Shown piece after piece: positions 1 to 11,499 of a stretch of DNA of 64,000 nucleotides. The position numbers and the translations under genes are program-made. Position 1 is the first letter of the stretch; every line of letters starts with the position of its first letter. The notes beneath the pieces were generated by a model that saw only the letters and a program-made list of their open reading frames with translations, was not told the origin of the DNA and ran no database searches. The DNA is from an uncultured cyanobacterium. GTDB lineage: Bacteria > Cyanobacteriota > Cyanobacteriia > Cyanobacteriales > Nostocaceae. The DNA lies in contig OY970166.1 in assembly GCA_963706595.1 (NCBI GenBank), positions 192,001 through 256,000 on the forward strand. The letters run 5' to 3'.

Positions 1-108
1 TGTATAAGTTTTTCCCTCCCAAGCACAGCGCAAAATCATCTCTTGGAGTGTCGTCAAACCATTAACTTGGCTAGCTTTTAGTAGCAATACGACTTCATCT
101 ATAGTCAT
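1..108 (-). CDS. 5' end (partial) of a probable AAA-like/NB-ARC-type regulator; runs off the window edge
   Basis: Manual translation from ATG at 108: MTIDEVVLLLKASQVNGLTTLQEMILRCAWEGKTYT, resembling the 'LxxLQExIL..W.GKTY' N-terminus of cyanobacterial AAA-like domain proteins. Confidence 0.6.
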   Translation of the reverse strand, partial: MTIDEVVLLLKASQVNGLTTLQEMILRCAWEGKTYT

Positions 109-551
109 TCGTAATCGGCCTTATTTCTGTGTTTTTTGTCCTCAAAATTGATGTCTGAAGATTGCAATTAATGTAGCCTCCCAAATTTGATTTCCAGCCA
201 ATTTTTTTGCCAAAAAGCTACAAATACACCTTGACAATATTACTTTTATCTGAAACATCTAACGTATATTAATTTTAGAGTTTTTTAAATCAAAATTCGC
301 AGGTATGTCTGCTAATTAATGCGTGACTTTAGATACTAATTATCTGATGTCTGGGTTTGGTAGATGTACAAAATGTAGCTGATTTTTGGTAAGATATTAA
401 ATGAGCGATCGCCACAGAAGTTACAATCATCTGTTTAAGTTTTCCTATATTTAATTCAAATCAAGATCATTAATACTTTGTTGATAGATAGAAATTCTCT
501 ATTGAGCGAGGGACAACAAAAAAGAATATCTTCCTCATCCTATCAGCCGCC

Positions 552-2048
552 ATGAATATTAAAGAACCCGCTACCTACCCAATGGAAGCTCAAATTTCAG
601 CGCCAAGCTCTCAAAGTTTCCCAGATCAACAGCAACAGACACAAACCCCAGGAGACTTAGAAATGAGCCAGCACTCACAATCAGCCTTACAAATGGCATT
701 AGCTTCCAGTGGTCTAGGTTGGTGGAATTGGAATTTAGTTACCAATAAAACCTATTTTGACCCTCAATGGAAGCAGATTTTAGGGTATCAGCGAGAAGAA
801 ATTACCAACCACTATCAATCTTTTGAAAAACTTGTACATCCAGAGGATTTGTGGAAAGTTCAACAGGTATTACAAGAGTATCTTCAAGGATACACACCTA
901 AATTTGAAATTGAATTGAGAATGTTGGCTAAATCTGGCGAGTGGAAGTGGATCTTCTCAGGTGGATGTGTATTTGAGTGGGATAAATTTGGTAAACCGAT
1001 ATGGATGACAGGAACTCATAGGGACATTACCCAGGAGAAATTACTCCAGGAAACTTTGCAACAGGACCAAAAGCAGGAACAGTTGTTAGCAGAAGCACAA
1101 ATAAAAGAAAAATCAGAACAACTGCAAATTACCCAAGGACAATTATTACAAAATGATCAGATGGCTCATCTCGGTGAAATTGTAGTCGAGATGGCTAACG
1201 AAATTTATCATCCTGTTAACTTTATTTATGATAATCTTCATCCCACAAGTCAGTATGCTGAAGACTTAATTAAACTAATTGAACTATATCAATATTATTA
1301 TCCTCAACCTAAGTCAGAAATTACCTCATATTTGCAACAATTCGACTTGAATTTAATTAAAACAAACCTGGTAAAATTGCTTTGGTCAATGCGTTCTGGC
1401 TCTGAACGTATTCAAGAGATTGTTTCAGCACTGCGGAATTTCTCTAATTTAGATGCAGATAAGATGCAAAAATATAACCTACATGAGGGACTAGATAGTG
1501 TGATCAGAATCTTACAGCATCGCCTCAAACAAAAACCAGATAGACCAGGAATTGAAGTTATTAAAGAATTTGGAGAAATACCTTTAATTGAGTGTTATCC
1601 TGGAGAGCTAAATCAGGTATTTATGAATATTCTCAATAATGCCATTGATGCTTTAGAAGAAAGGATGAAACAAGATTATTCCTTGATTCCTCAGATTTGT
1701 ATTCGCACAGAAGTTGTCAGTCGTCATTTATCATTAGTGAATAATAATCAAACCCAGATAACTAATTCAGAATTTGGGAAGAAGCAAAAAGTAATAATTC
1801 ATATTTATGACAATGGTAAAGGTATTCTTCCGCATATTCAAAGGCGGATATTTGAACCTTTCTTTACTACTAAACCGATGGGTAAAGCGAAGGGTTTGGG
1901 ACTAGCGATTAGTCAACAAATCATTGTGGAAAAACATCAGGGTAAACTGAGATGTAATTCTCAACTAGGTCAAGGTACAGAGTTTGTGATTGAAATGAAT
2001 ACCACCGCCCGACACTATGCTGATATGAGAAGACACGCCAGTTTTTAA
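552..2048 (+). CDS. PAS-domain sensor histidine kinase-like protein with degenerate H-box
   Basis: PAS_3 motifs ([20 protein letters not shown]); HATPase N/G1/F/G2 boxes ([26 protein letters not shown]); H-box reads MANEIYHP. Confidence 0.85.
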   Translation: MNIKEPATYPMEAQISAPSSQSFPDQQQQTQTPGDLEMSQHSQSALQMALASSGLGWWNWNLVTNKTYFDPQWKQILGYQREEITNHYQSFEKLVHPEDLWKVQQVLQEYLQGYTPKFEIELRMLAKSGEWKWIFSGGCVFEWDKFGKPIWMTGTHRDITQEKLLQETLQQDQKQEQLLAEAQIKEKSEQLQITQGQLLQNDQMAHLGEIVVEMANEIYHPVNFIYDNLHPTSQYAEDLIKLIELYQYYYPQPKSEITSYLQQFDLNLIKTNLVKLLWSMRSGSERIQEIVSALRNFSNLDADKMQKYNLHEGLDSVIRILQHRLKQKPDRPGIEVIKEFGEIPLIECYPGELNQVFMNILNNAIDALEERMKQDYSLIPQICIRTEVVSRHLSLVNNNQTQITNSEFGKKQKVIIHIYDNGKGILPHIQRRIFEPFFTTKPMGKAKGLGLAISQQIIVEKHQGKLRCNSQLGQGTEFVIEMNTTARHYADMRRHASF

Positions 2049-2255
2049 GTAATATTGTTGGATCAATCTCCATTAGCACTGATTACCCGATCCGTGTAGA
2101 AATCGAGGACACCGTTAATATTAAGGCGAAGTCCGATTGATTATTTGACAGTTTCCGTGAAAAAGGGGCTTCCAGATAACGACAGGATCAACTGGCTCTG
2201 GTATTGGGATTATCATATCGGCTTTTCCGCCGTGGGAGCGATCGCTAATCTTGGT

Positions 2256-2324
2256 TTAACTGTAGCGGACTGTATGTTGAATATTTGTATGCCCCAGGTA
2301 CGCTTGAATATCTTTGGTTGGCCA
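2256..2324 (-). pseudogene. Remnant of a tyrosine recombinase C-terminus (FimB/FimE-like)
   Basis: Minus-strand translation WPTKDIQAYLGHTNIQHTVRYS*, matching the IQxYLGHxNIxHTVRY motif with catalytic Tyr; no upstream part recognisable. Confidence 0.75.
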
Positions 2325-2718
2325 TCGCCTTTGAAAAAAACTTTGCGATTTACTGACGCTAGTTTTTAGGTAATAAGGTGTGTGGAAGAAAATAAAGAAC
2401 CTCAGCCCCACCTTATTCAGGAGAGGGGAGATAAGATGTAGGCTTGTATCTGATTATTCTTGGTCGAAAGATTAGGCATTTTGGCATGACAAATCTTTCG
2501 GTTCCGGTTTTAATGATATATCAACAGGGATAACGGGAATGCGAAAACTGTCCGCAGTATAGGGTCAAGCCTTGTTTTCAATCCTCCCATCTCTATGCCA
2601 GTTGTTGATTTTGTGCTGTAGAACGGCTATAAATGGGTGAATCAGTCAATTCGCCGCACGAAATCATCGCTTCATTACAACTGGCTAAATATGTGACTAC
2701 ATTAAATAGGTTAACTGA

Positions 2719-3079
2719 TATAGCGGTTCTCGGTTGAGTGAGATACAAGAACCCCACCCCCTCCGGTGCAAGCGAGGAGGGGGCTATGTACACACACGTT
2801 ATCTGATCCCCCTAAATCCCCCTTAAAAAGGGGGACTTTGATTCTAGTTCCCCCCTTCTCAAGGCTACGGTGTACACACAAATGATTAAATTCTCAAAAT
2901 CCTTTTTTTGTAGGGTGTGTTGTCGCGCAGCGCAACGCACCATCCCAAATTTGCGGTGCGTTAGGACTAACGTCCATAACACACCCTACCTAAATGAAAG
3001 GTTTTTGGACTTGTGTGTAGACCGTAGCGCAAGCGAGGAGGGGGCTATGATGTATTTCATTCAAGTGCGTACCACTATA
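2719..3079. mobile_element. Nested miniature inverted-repeat elements with internal REP doublet
   Basis: IR pairs at 2719-2727/3071-3079, 2865-2881/3011-3027 and 2910-2921/2978-2989; 21-bp direct repeat at 2768-2788/3029-3049. Confidence 0.7.
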
Positions 3080-3110
3080 ACTGGTAACTGATAACTGATA
3101 ACTGATAACT
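3080..3110. repeat. Heptamer STRR (actgata)n
   Basis: actggta actgata actgata actgata act at the 3' end of the UPF0182 gene. Confidence 0.8.
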
Positions 3111-6100
3111 ATTCTGTGGGTGCTGGTTCTTCTACAGGGCGAATTATGGCTGGGGCTGGTGTGACTTCTGGCTGGAAGATTCCTTGTAATGCTTGTTCTA
3201 AAGTTGGAGCCATGACGATGCGGTTTTCAAAGGCGACGATTACCCGGACTAGGGTGGGTAGTCTGTTTTCCGTGGCTTCTAAATAAATTGGCTCAACGTA
3301 TAATAAGGATTGTTCAATGGGAATAATCAATAGATTACCTTGAACAGCTCTTGAACCTTGGCGATTCCACAGGGAAATTTGCTGGGAAATTACTGGGTCT
3401 TGGTTAATTCGGGCTTCTATTTGCTCTGGTCCGAAAATTAAGCGTTCTTTGGGAAATACATATAGTAATAATTTACCGTAATTTTCACCGTCTGACCGTG
3501 CTGCTAACCAAGCTATTAAATTGGAGCGTTGTCTGGGTGTGTAGGGCAATAATAAGATAAATTCCTCAAAGGGGACGGTGGGGAGACTGGTGATTAAATA
3601 GTAGGGGTCTACTGGACGGGCTTCGCTACCATAGATTTCGTTGGGTATTTGCCATTGGTCTTCTCGGTTATAAAATACCTGGGGGTCTGTCATGTGGTAG
3701 GTCATCAATCGCTCTGATTGAATTTTGAAGTAGTCTACCGGATAACGAATATGGCTGAGAAGGCTAGGCGGTAAATCAGTCAGGGGTTTGAAGGTGTTGG
3801 GAAATATTTTTGACCAAGTTTTAATTATCGGGTCACGGGTATCGGCGATGTAAAAGTTAACTGTACCGTGGTAAGCATCGATGACTATTTTAACTGAGTT
3901 ACGAATGTAGTTGATTTCTGCGCTGGTGGTGTCGGAGTAGGGATAGCGATCGCTTGTCGTATAAGCGTCTATAATCCAGTACAGGTAGTTGCCGTTACTA
4001 GGAAAATCACCATTACCATTTTCAGGGCTACCATCGGCGGCGACTAAATAAGGGTCACTATCAAATTGTAAGAAAGGTGCGATCGCTTGAATGCGTTCCT
4101 TAATATTTCGTCGAAATAATACCTTAGTATCTGGCAAAAAGTCCCGTGTAAATAACATCTGCCAATCTTTCAAATACATGGAAAATAATAACCGTCGCCA
4201 CCCCGTACCAATGCGAACGCCTCCCAAGCCATCATATATATTGTAAACATTATCACTACCAGTCGGATAATCTAATTCCCGGACTCTTGTCCCAGTCATT
4301 ACATAAGTATCACTGATTTCACCGAAATAAATTCGGGGTTGTCCAATGGGAACGCTGTCACGAATGGCTTCACTGGAGGTATTCAGGGCGCTTTCATCAT
4401 TCCCAGCGATATCTTTAACAAAGTATTCTGGTAGCCCTCCTGGACCGACGGTATTCACGGGACTGAGGGTAAACCCGTAGCCATGGGTATAAATTAAATG
4501 GCGATTCACCCAAGTCTGAGCTTGTTGTGGCACAGCAGTATAGTCTAATTCTCGCGCCGAAATTAGGACTTGTCGCCGTTCTGTAGGTTGATTCTGTGCT
4601 TGGTTAGCTTCTGTAAGTTCTGTTGGTGCTGTGGGTCTTTCTGCGGGTGCTTCTTTAAAAAGTGTGTAGCGGTCTATGTCAGCATCGGGGAAGCGGTAGT
4701 AAAGGCGAATTTGTTGCAGTTGACGGTTAGTTTCTAGGAGTGGTTGCTGATCCCAAAGGCGAATATTACGAATTGTTAAATCATTTCTTTGAAGAGCGGT
4801 TTCTGTCAAATCTCCTGTGGGGTTGAAGGTTTGAGCATCGATGACTTCTAAATCAAATGCCTGCCGAGTTAAAGCAATGGTACGCTTAATATATGGTTGC
4901 TCTCGTTGTAATTCGTTGGGCTGAACAATAAAGGACTGCACTACAACGGGGAGGACAAAATCAGCTGCTATAACTACAACTAAATACAGCCCCAACCCAT
5001 AAAATACAAATTGGCGATATTGAGACTGGGGTTTCCAAGCAAATGTCCGCCATAGTAGGTAAAAGCCCACGACTAAGGCGAAGATGCACAAAATGGTATA
5101 AGCTGGCAACACGGCTATGACATCGGTATAACTAGCACCGTAAGTTACCCCACGTTGAGAATAAACTAGCTCGTAACGACTCAGCCAATAGCTCAGGGCG
5201 ACAACCAGCATGAATAAGCCACCCAAGCCGTATAAATGACGCTGTTGTGGAGAGGAAAAACCAGGAAAAATTCCCTGACTGACACTATCTGCGGACAGGA
5301 GATAAGTCAGGCTAACAGCGACAAAAGCATATAAAAATAATCCCATCAGCCATAGTTCAAACAGTTCCCAAAATGGCAGGGAAAATATATAAAAGCTAAT
5401 ATCTAGACCAAATAAAGGCTCAGAGGCGTTGAAGGTGGTGGGGCTAAAATATTGCAGTACCCTGGCCCAGTTGTGAGATATCACCCAAGCAAATAGGACA
5501 CTGAAAGCCAGTGCGATCGCTCGTAATAAAATTTGGGGATAGATTATAATAGCGATCGCTGTTCCTGCAACCAAAGCAATATACCAACCCTGAGAGACAA
5601 TTTGCACGCTCATCAATTGCCAAATTCTCTCAGGTCGAAATAGAGGTGGAACTGGGGGAATAGTCCTGATAATTGGAGAATGCCAATAACTAACGGCTAT
5701 TTCACCGTAATGAACCAGCATTAATCCCACTAATAGGCTGAATACCAAAGCTATAGGTAGCAACCAGAATAATCTTAATGGTTTAGTCCGAGATTTAGGA
5801 GACTGTATTTCCTCCCGTCTGGGATAGTTAGGACTGAGAAAGTTTTTTAAATCACTGTCAATTCCTGCTTCCTCGCGCCGGACTTCCTTAATTTTCAAAG
5901 AATCAGGATATTTTAGCTGTTGTGCAAACCTGAGATTTCCCAGGAGAAAAGTAGCCGTAACACCAGCCACAAGTATCCACAAACCGCCCTGGGTAATGAT
6001 TCGCAGCAGAAATACTTGTACATAGCCCACATTCTCAAACCAGAAAATTTCTGCTCCCAGACGCGAAACTAAATCTAGGAATAGCCAAACTCCCAGAAAT

Positions 6101-6135
6101 ATTATTAATAATCTAAAGCACCATTTCCATAACAT
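3109..6135 (-). CDS. UPF0182 family membrane protein
   Basis: 1008 aa; N-terminal TM helices; motifs [40 protein letters not shown]. Confidence 0.9.
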   Translation of the reverse strand: MLWKWCFRLLIIFLGVWLFLDLVSRLGAEIFWFENVGYVQVFLLRIITQGGLWILVAGVTATFLLGNLRFAQQLKYPDSLKIKEVRREEAGIDSDLKNFLSPNYPRREEIQSPKSRTKPLRLFWLLPIALVFSLLVGLMLVHYGEIAVSYWHSPIIRTIPPVPPLFRPERIWQLMSVQIVSQGWYIALVAGTAIAIIIYPQILLRAIALAFSVLFAWVISHNWARVLQYFSPTTFNASEPLFGLDISFYIFSLPFWELFELWLMGLFLYAFVAVSLTYLLSADSVSQGIFPGFSSPQQRHLYGLGGLFMLVVALSYWLSRYELVYSQRGVTYGASYTDVIAVLPAYTILCIFALVVGFYLLWRTFAWKPQSQYRQFVFYGLGLYLVVVIAADFVLPVVVQSFIVQPNELQREQPYIKRTIALTRQAFDLEVIDAQTFNPTGDLTETALQRNDLTIRNIRLWDQQPLLETNRQLQQIRLYYRFPDADIDRYTLFKEAPAERPTAPTELTEANQAQNQPTERRQVLISARELDYTAVPQQAQTWVNRHLIYTHGYGFTLSPVNTVGPGGLPEYFVKDIAGNDESALNTSSEAIRDSVPIGQPRIYFGEISDTYVMTGTRVRELDYPTGSDNVYNIYDGLGGVRIGTGWRRLLFSMYLKDWQMLFTRDFLPDTKVLFRRNIKERIQAIAPFLQFDSDPYLVAADGSPENGNGDFPSNGNYLYWIIDAYTTSDRYPYSDTTSAEINYIRNSVKIVIDAYHGTVNFYIADTRDPIIKTWSKIFPNTFKPLTDLPPSLLSHIRYPVDYFKIQSERLMTYHMTDPQVFYNREDQWQIPNEIYGSEARPVDPYYLITSLPTVPFEEFILLLPYTPRQRSNLIAWLAARSDGENYGKLLLYVFPKERLIFGPEQIEARINQDPVISQQISLWNRQGSRAVQGNLLIIPIEQSLLYVEPIYLEATENRLPTLVRVIVAFENRIVMAPTLEQALQGIFQPEVTPAPAIIRPVEEPAPTE

Positions 6136-6238
6136 ATAGCGATTCTATTTAATTTATGAATTTATCGAACCGCCAAGTCGCCAAGGTCGCCAAGTGAAGA
6201 AGGGAATAGGCAATTATTTCTTCCTTTCCACCTTTGCG

Positions 6239-6281
6239 CCTTTGCGCCTAACGCACTTCGTGCTTCGCTTCGCTGATGCGC
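6239..6281. repeat. 43-bp small dispersed repeat; exact inverted copy at 9952-9994
   Basis: cctttgcgcctaacgcacttcgtgcttcgcttcgctgatgcgc is the exact reverse complement of 9952-9994. Confidence 0.85.
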
Positions 6282-6318
6282 GAAACTAATCCATATTTTC
6301 CAACACCAAAGCCAAGAA

Positions 6319-9069
6319 TTACTCCGCAGGATCGATGCGATTAACAAACCAAGCCAAAGGAATCATCGGTAAAGCCGGAACCAGACAAATCAGCCATTGT
6401 TCTAAATTCAAAGGAGCAGTTCTAAACAAAGTATTCATCACACCCCATTGACTAAAGATGATTTGCAGGATGACCGTGCAGACTATACCTAAAGCCATCG
6501 CCTTGCCATCATTAATTCTAGCAGCTTGACCTCTGAGTTTCCTAAATACCACATTTGCTAACTGGCTGATGCTCAATAAATAAACAATTCGCCCAGCGAC
6601 TAAAGCTTGAATTGCCATTGTTCGCGCCAAGTCAATATTACCTGTATTTTGACGCACCCATTCAAACATCCCAAAAATCAGAATCCAGTTAAATATGGAA
6701 ACTGCGGCTATACGCTGAAATAGTGTACCAGAAAGTAATGGCTCCCGTGGGTTGCGGGGTTTGCGTTTCATTACTCGGTCTGATTTCGGTTCAAATGCTA
6801 AAGGTACGGTCATGGTGACTGAGTTCACCATGTTTAACCACAGGACTTGCAGTGATAGAATTGGTAAATCTCTGGCGAATAAGGCACTAATCAAAATTGT
6901 CATCGATTCGCCACCGTTGACAGGTAAGATAAAGGCGATCGCCTTGCGTAAGTTCTGATAAACTGTGCGCCCTTCTTCCACTGCGGCTTCAATAGAGGCA
7001 AAATTATCATCGGTGAGCAACATATCAGAAGCTTCTCTAGCCACATCTGTACCTGCGCCACCCATTGCTATGCCAATATCAGCTTGTTTCAGTGCTGGTG
7101 CATCATTGACACCATCCCCAGTCATGGCGACAATTTCGCCTTGAGACTGTAATGATTCTACTAACCGCAGTTTCTGGTCTGGAGCAACTCTAGCAAATAC
7201 TACACCATGTTCTGCGACTAAGGTGAGGTCGTTATCATCCATTGCGGTGAGTTGTCTACCCTCAAAGGCGCGAACTTTACCGTCTTTTTCTAAACCAATT
7301 CGTTCTGCGATCGCCTTAGCTGTGGTGATATGATCACCTGTAATCATCTTAACTTGAATGCCAGCCGTTTTACAGGCACGTACCGCAGCAATCACTTCTG
7401 GGCGTGGTGGGTCAATCATTCCCTGTAAACCTAAGAAAATCAAGCCGGTAGCTATATCTTCATGGTCTACCGAATTTTGCTCATCTGGGACAACTTTCTT
7501 CGCAAAAGCCAATACCCGCATCCCCTGAGTAGCCAAGATTTCTACTTGTTCTTCTATTAATTCCCGGTTAACTGATTCTAGTTCAGCATTGGCATTGAGC
7601 ATTTCCTGACAACGGCTCAAAATTGCTTCTACAGAACCTTTCACATAAATAATTTTCCCACCATCACCAGCTTTTTCTACAGAGTCATGGCTATCATGTA
7701 GCGTCGCCATGTACTGAAACTGAGATTCAAAGGGAATACCATCGATTCTGGGAATTAACTGCGCCATTTCGGACTGATTCCAACCGGCTTTATTCGCAAC
7801 TGTAATTAAAGCCCCTTCAGTCGGATCACCCACGACAATCCAATTCCCATTCTTTTGTTCTAAATGAGAATCGGTACAAAGTAACCCAGCCATTAAACAA
7901 GCTTTGAGAGTGGGAAAATTGTCTGATTCTAAATCCACAGGGTGCTGTTTAAATAAAATCTCCCCATCAGGATTATAACCTGTACCACTCACAGAAAAAT
8001 TATTTCCACCGGCAAAAATTCCCTGGACAGTCATCTGATTTTCTGTCAGAGTTCCAGTTTTATCAGAACAAATTACCGTTGCACCGCCTAAAGTTTCCAC
8101 GGCTGGTAATTTCCGAATAATGGCGTGTCGGCGTGCCATTCGATCTACCCCGATAGCCATTGTGACTGTCACCACAGCCGGTAATCCTTCGGGAATGGCA
8201 CTAACAGCTAACGCCACAGCCGCTTCAAACATTGCCGCCCAACTCTGTCCTTGACCCAAACCCACGACAAAGGTCATGGCCGCTAGTCCCAAAATAATGT
8301 AGAGCAATTGGTGACTAAATTTATCAAACTTGCGAGTTAGGGGTGTACTCAGGTTAGTTTGCCGTTCTAAAGATTGGGATATCCGCCCCATTTCTGTAGC
8401 ATTGGCGGTGGATACTACAACCCCGCTTCCTTGTCCAAAAGTAACAAAACTCCCTGCATAAGCCATGTTCACCCGTTCTGCTAAGGGAGTATCTGGAGCC
8501 AGAGTTGTAGTATCTTTTTCCACAGGTACAGATTCCCCAGTCAAAGCTGACTCATCTACCTGCAAATTCCGGGAATTAAATAACCGCAAATCAGCCGGAA
8601 CCTTGTCACCAGAAGTCAGCAGCACAATATCCCCCGGAACTAATTCTTGGGAAGGAATGCGTGATTTCTGCCCATTGCGGATGACTGTAGCTTCTGTGGT
8701 TACGGCTTTGGCTAAAGCTGCGATCGCGCCTTCAGCTTTTGATTCCTGCACAAAGCCGATAATGGCATTAATCACCGTTACGCCCCAAATTACCCCGGCG
8801 TTTGTCCATTGACCCAATAGGGCTTTGATTAGTCCAGCAACCAGTAGAATATAGAGTAAAGCCTGATTGAATTGTAATAAAAATCTCAACCAAGCAGGCT
8901 TTCCAGGTTTTCCCTTGAGTTCATTCTTGCCAAATTCTTCCTGTCGAGTCTTTACTTCTCCTGAAGTTAAACCCTTTTCTGGGTCGCTGTTGAGGGTTTG
9001 AGCAGCTTCTTGTGCTGCTATGGCGTGATATTCATATAACTGTTGTCCACCCATTGCAGTTGCAGACAT
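6319..9069 (-). CDS. Cation-transporting P-type ATPase (P2A-like)
   Basis: TGES, IPEGLP, DKTGTLT phosphorylation motif, [15 protein letters not shown]. Confidence 0.92.
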   Translation of the reverse strand: MSATAMGGQQLYEYHAIAAQEAAQTLNSDPEKGLTSGEVKTRQEEFGKNELKGKPGKPAWLRFLLQFNQALLYILLVAGLIKALLGQWTNAGVIWGVTVINAIIGFVQESKAEGAIAALAKAVTTEATVIRNGQKSRIPSQELVPGDIVLLTSGDKVPADLRLFNSRNLQVDESALTGESVPVEKDTTTLAPDTPLAERVNMAYAGSFVTFGQGSGVVVSTANATEMGRISQSLERQTNLSTPLTRKFDKFSHQLLYIILGLAAMTFVVGLGQGQSWAAMFEAAVALAVSAIPEGLPAVVTVTMAIGVDRMARRHAIIRKLPAVETLGGATVICSDKTGTLTENQMTVQGIFAGGNNFSVSGTGYNPDGEILFKQHPVDLESDNFPTLKACLMAGLLCTDSHLEQKNGNWIVVGDPTEGALITVANKAGWNQSEMAQLIPRIDGIPFESQFQYMATLHDSHDSVEKAGDGGKIIYVKGSVEAILSRCQEMLNANAELESVNRELIEEQVEILATQGMRVLAFAKKVVPDEQNSVDHEDIATGLIFLGLQGMIDPPRPEVIAAVRACKTAGIQVKMITGDHITTAKAIAERIGLEKDGKVRAFEGRQLTAMDDNDLTLVAEHGVVFARVAPDQKLRLVESLQSQGEIVAMTGDGVNDAPALKQADIGIAMGGAGTDVAREASDMLLTDDNFASIEAAVEEGRTVYQNLRKAIAFILPVNGGESMTILISALFARDLPILSLQVLWLNMVNSVTMTVPLAFEPKSDRVMKRKPRNPREPLLSGTLFQRIAAVSIFNWILIFGMFEWVRQNTGNIDLARTMAIQALVAGRIVYLLSISQLANVVFRKLRGQAARINDGKAMALGIVCTVILQIIFSQWGVMNTLFRTAPLNLEQWLICLVPALPMIPLAWFVNRIDPAE

Positions 9070-9312
9070 AAAATTTCCCGAAGTAATAAAGTGGTCAAAA
9101 TCTGGTTAGTGCAGAAATCAAGTGTGGGATACCAACACCCAGAAATTCATCACTTGGATGTGGTTTGAATAATCTGTCAACAACTTTGGTCAGTAGGGTT
9201 TTTCCGTATATTACTATTTTTATGTTCGCCTTTCTTCTCCCCTAAGCGATAGCTTTTTCCCCGGTGGATACTATTCCTGTTATTTTTATTGTATAACTTG
9301 TAACTTTTAATT

Positions 9313-9756
9313 ATGCTCAGTAGCGTTGACCGTTTATTATTTGTCCGACGAGTACCAATTTTTAAGGAGTTGCGAGATGATTTTATTGTGCGCCTGACTT
9401 CAGTGATGCACGAGTTACAATTTCCCGCCAATTATACTATTTTTAAGCAGGGAGAAGAAGGGCGATCGCTTTATATTGTGGTGTCAGGTAAAGTTAAAGT
9501 CCATATTGACGAGAAAAAACTCGCAGAGGTAGACCAGGGAAAATACTTTGGTGAAATGGCAGTATTTGATACTCAACCCCGTTCGGCTTCGGCGACAACT
9601 TTAGAACCTTGCGAATTTTTGGAATTGACGCAAGAGCAACTTTATGATGCCATTGAGGAAACTCCCGAAATTGCGGTGAATATTATTCGTGAGTTATCTC
9701 GTTTGGTGCGGAAGTTAAATGAGGATATGAATGTGACTGCTTCTCGGAGTAATTAG
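9313..9756 (+). CDS. Standalone cyclic nucleotide-binding domain protein
   Basis: IFKQGEEG..LYIVVSGKVKV..FGEMA..PRSASA; no HTH. Confidence 0.88.
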   Translation: MLSSVDRLLFVRRVPIFKELRDDFIVRLTSVMHELQFPANYTIFKQGEEGRSLYIVVSGKVKVHIDEKKLAEVDQGKYFGEMAVFDTQPRSASATTLEPCEFLELTQEQLYDAIEETPEIAVNIIRELSRLVRKLNEDMNVTASRSN

Positions 9757-9759
9757 TTA

Positions 9760-9933
9760 AGAGGATGTTTGAAAAATTTTGGGCGAATATAATTCGCTAC
9801 AACACAGGCAAAGTCCACCTCCGTGGACTAATGAAAAAATGGGATTTTTAACCCGCGCAGGCGGGTTTAGTTTGTATAGCCGCGACTTCTAGTCGCCAGG
9901 GCTGTAATAAATTAGACTTTTCAAACAACCTCT
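9760..9933. mobile_element. MITE-like element
   Basis: Terminal IR agaggatgtttgaaaa (9760-9775) / ttttcaaacaacctct (9918-9933), 15/16 match; non-coding, with internal palindromes. Confidence 0.75.
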
Positions 9934-10011
9934 AAGAAGTTTCACGCAAAGGCGCATCAGCGAAGCGAAGCACGAAGTGCGTTAGGCGCAAAGGAAGAAA
10001 GAAATTGAGAG

Positions 10012-11430
10012 TTACGTTTTATGGATGATTTTTTTGAGGCATTTTTTGAGAAATTCCTGTGGGATTTCTGGGCTTTGTCCCCAGTGTAGGTGAATGTAAG
10101 AGGCGTGGAGGTTTGAGGGTAAAGTCCATCCTTCTGTTCCCATGTTTTCGTCACAGTCGTATCGATACGTTTGAAACAAGGGAGTCTGGGGATTTACACT
10201 TAAGCTGGAACGATGAAATTCATGTCCGTAAATGTTTGTATCTGCTGGGATGAGAAGATTATTTTGCAAGGCGACGGCACGACGATATCCTAATGTTAAG
10301 CGTCCACCCATGACGGCAGATGTGGGTAATATTCCTACCATTGGCCAGGAGTTATCTTCAAAATCAATAATTTGCTCACACAAGTACATTAAGCCACCAC
10401 ATTCGGCGATTGTGGGCATTCCTGATAAAATTGCCGTTTTTACTGTTTGCAGGGCGCTGGTGTTGACTGCAAGCCTCTCTGCGTAGACTTCTGGGAACCC
10501 ACCACCAAAGTACATTCCTTGCACATCCGGCGGTAGTTCTGCATCTTCTAAGGGACTCCAGAATACTAATTCTGCGCCTAAGTTTTGCAGTAAGTCGAGA
10601 TTATCTTGATAGTAAAAATTAAAGGCGCGATCGCGTGCAATGGCAATTTTTATTGGGGAGTGGGGAGTGGGGAGTGGGGAGTGGGGAGTGGGGAGTGGGG
10701 AGTGGGGAGTGGGGAGTGTGGAGTGGGGGGATTTTAATAGGGGTAGTAAATATTGCCAATTGAAGCAAGTATCTCCTAAATCAGCCAGACGTTCAATTAC
10801 AGTATCTAATTCGGGCAGTTCGGCGGTGGGGACTAAACCCAGATGACGGTCAGGGATGGTAATATTATCTTGGCGACGCAATACGCCGAGTATGGGTAAT
10901 TGTAATGCAGCGAGGGCATCTTTGAGGAGAGATAAATGGCGATCGCTTCCCACCCGATTTAATACAACCCCAGCAATTTTAATTCTAGAATCAAAGGTAC
11001 AATAACCGTGAGCGATCGCCGCCACAGAACCAGACAGACGACTGCAATCAATCACCAACACCACAGGTAAATCTAAAAGTCTTGCAACGTGTGCAGTACT
11101 GGCAAAATCAGTCTTAATTACAGATTCTTCGTTATTTTCAATTTCCTTCACGCCATCAAATAGACCCATCACCCCTTCCACCAGGGAATATTCACACTGT
11201 GGGCTATAATTGGCAAAACATTTCTGCACGTAAGCTTCAGAAGTCAATACCGCATCTAAATTGCGACAAGCACGACCAGTTACATAGCCGTGAAACATCG
11301 GGTCAATGTAGTCAGGTCCAACCTTAAAAGATTGTACGGCTAAACCACGACGACATAAAGATGCTAAAAGGGTGAGCGTCACAGTTGTCTTACCCACTCC
11401 ACTCCGTTCTCCGGCAATGACTAAAGCCAT
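10012..11430 (-). CDS. cobB: Cobyrinate a,c-diamide synthase
   Basis: SGVGKTT, FKVGPDYID, EGVMGLFDG, RHLGL, GGGFPE, AECGGLMYL, GHEFH. Confidence 0.93.
   Translation of the reverse strand: MALVIAGERSGVGKTTVTLTLLASLCRRGLAVQSFKVGPDYIDPMFHGYVTGRACRNLDAVLTSEAYVQKCFANYSPQCEYSLVEGVMGLFDGVKEIENNEESVIKTDFASTAHVARLLDLPVVLVIDCSRLSGSVAAIAHGYCTFDSRIKIAGVVLNRVGSDRHLSLLKDALAALQLPILGVLRRQDNITIPDRHLGLVPTAELPELDTVIERLADLGDTCFNWQYLLPLLKSPHSTLPTPHSPLPTPHSPLPTPHSPIKIAIARDRAFNFYYQDNLDLLQNLGAELVFWSPLEDAELPPDVQGMYFGGGFPEVYAERLAVNTSALQTVKTAILSGMPTIAECGGLMYLCEQIIDFEDNSWPMVGILPTSAVMGGRLTLGYRRAVALQNNLLIPADTNIYGHEFHRSSLSVNPQTPLFQTYRYDCDENMGTEGWTLPSNLHASYIHLHWGQSPEIPQEFLKKCLKKIIHKT
10654..10730. repeat. Heptamer STRR (tggggag) x11 inside cobB
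   Basis: 9 perfect plus 2 imperfect units; encodes the PHSPLPT repeats. Confidence 0.95.
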
Positions 11431-11499
11431 AGGCTTGAGGTAATTAATACTTGGTAATTGGGCAGCATTGCTAATTATCTCATTCCCCAGGCGCTATGA

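Noticed and set aside
2145..2369. 74-aa plus-strand ORF
   Set aside because: TTG start, no motif; the opposite strand holds the recognisable recombinase fragment
2593..3091. 66-aa and 73-aa ORFs
   Set aside because: Read largely through nested repeat elements
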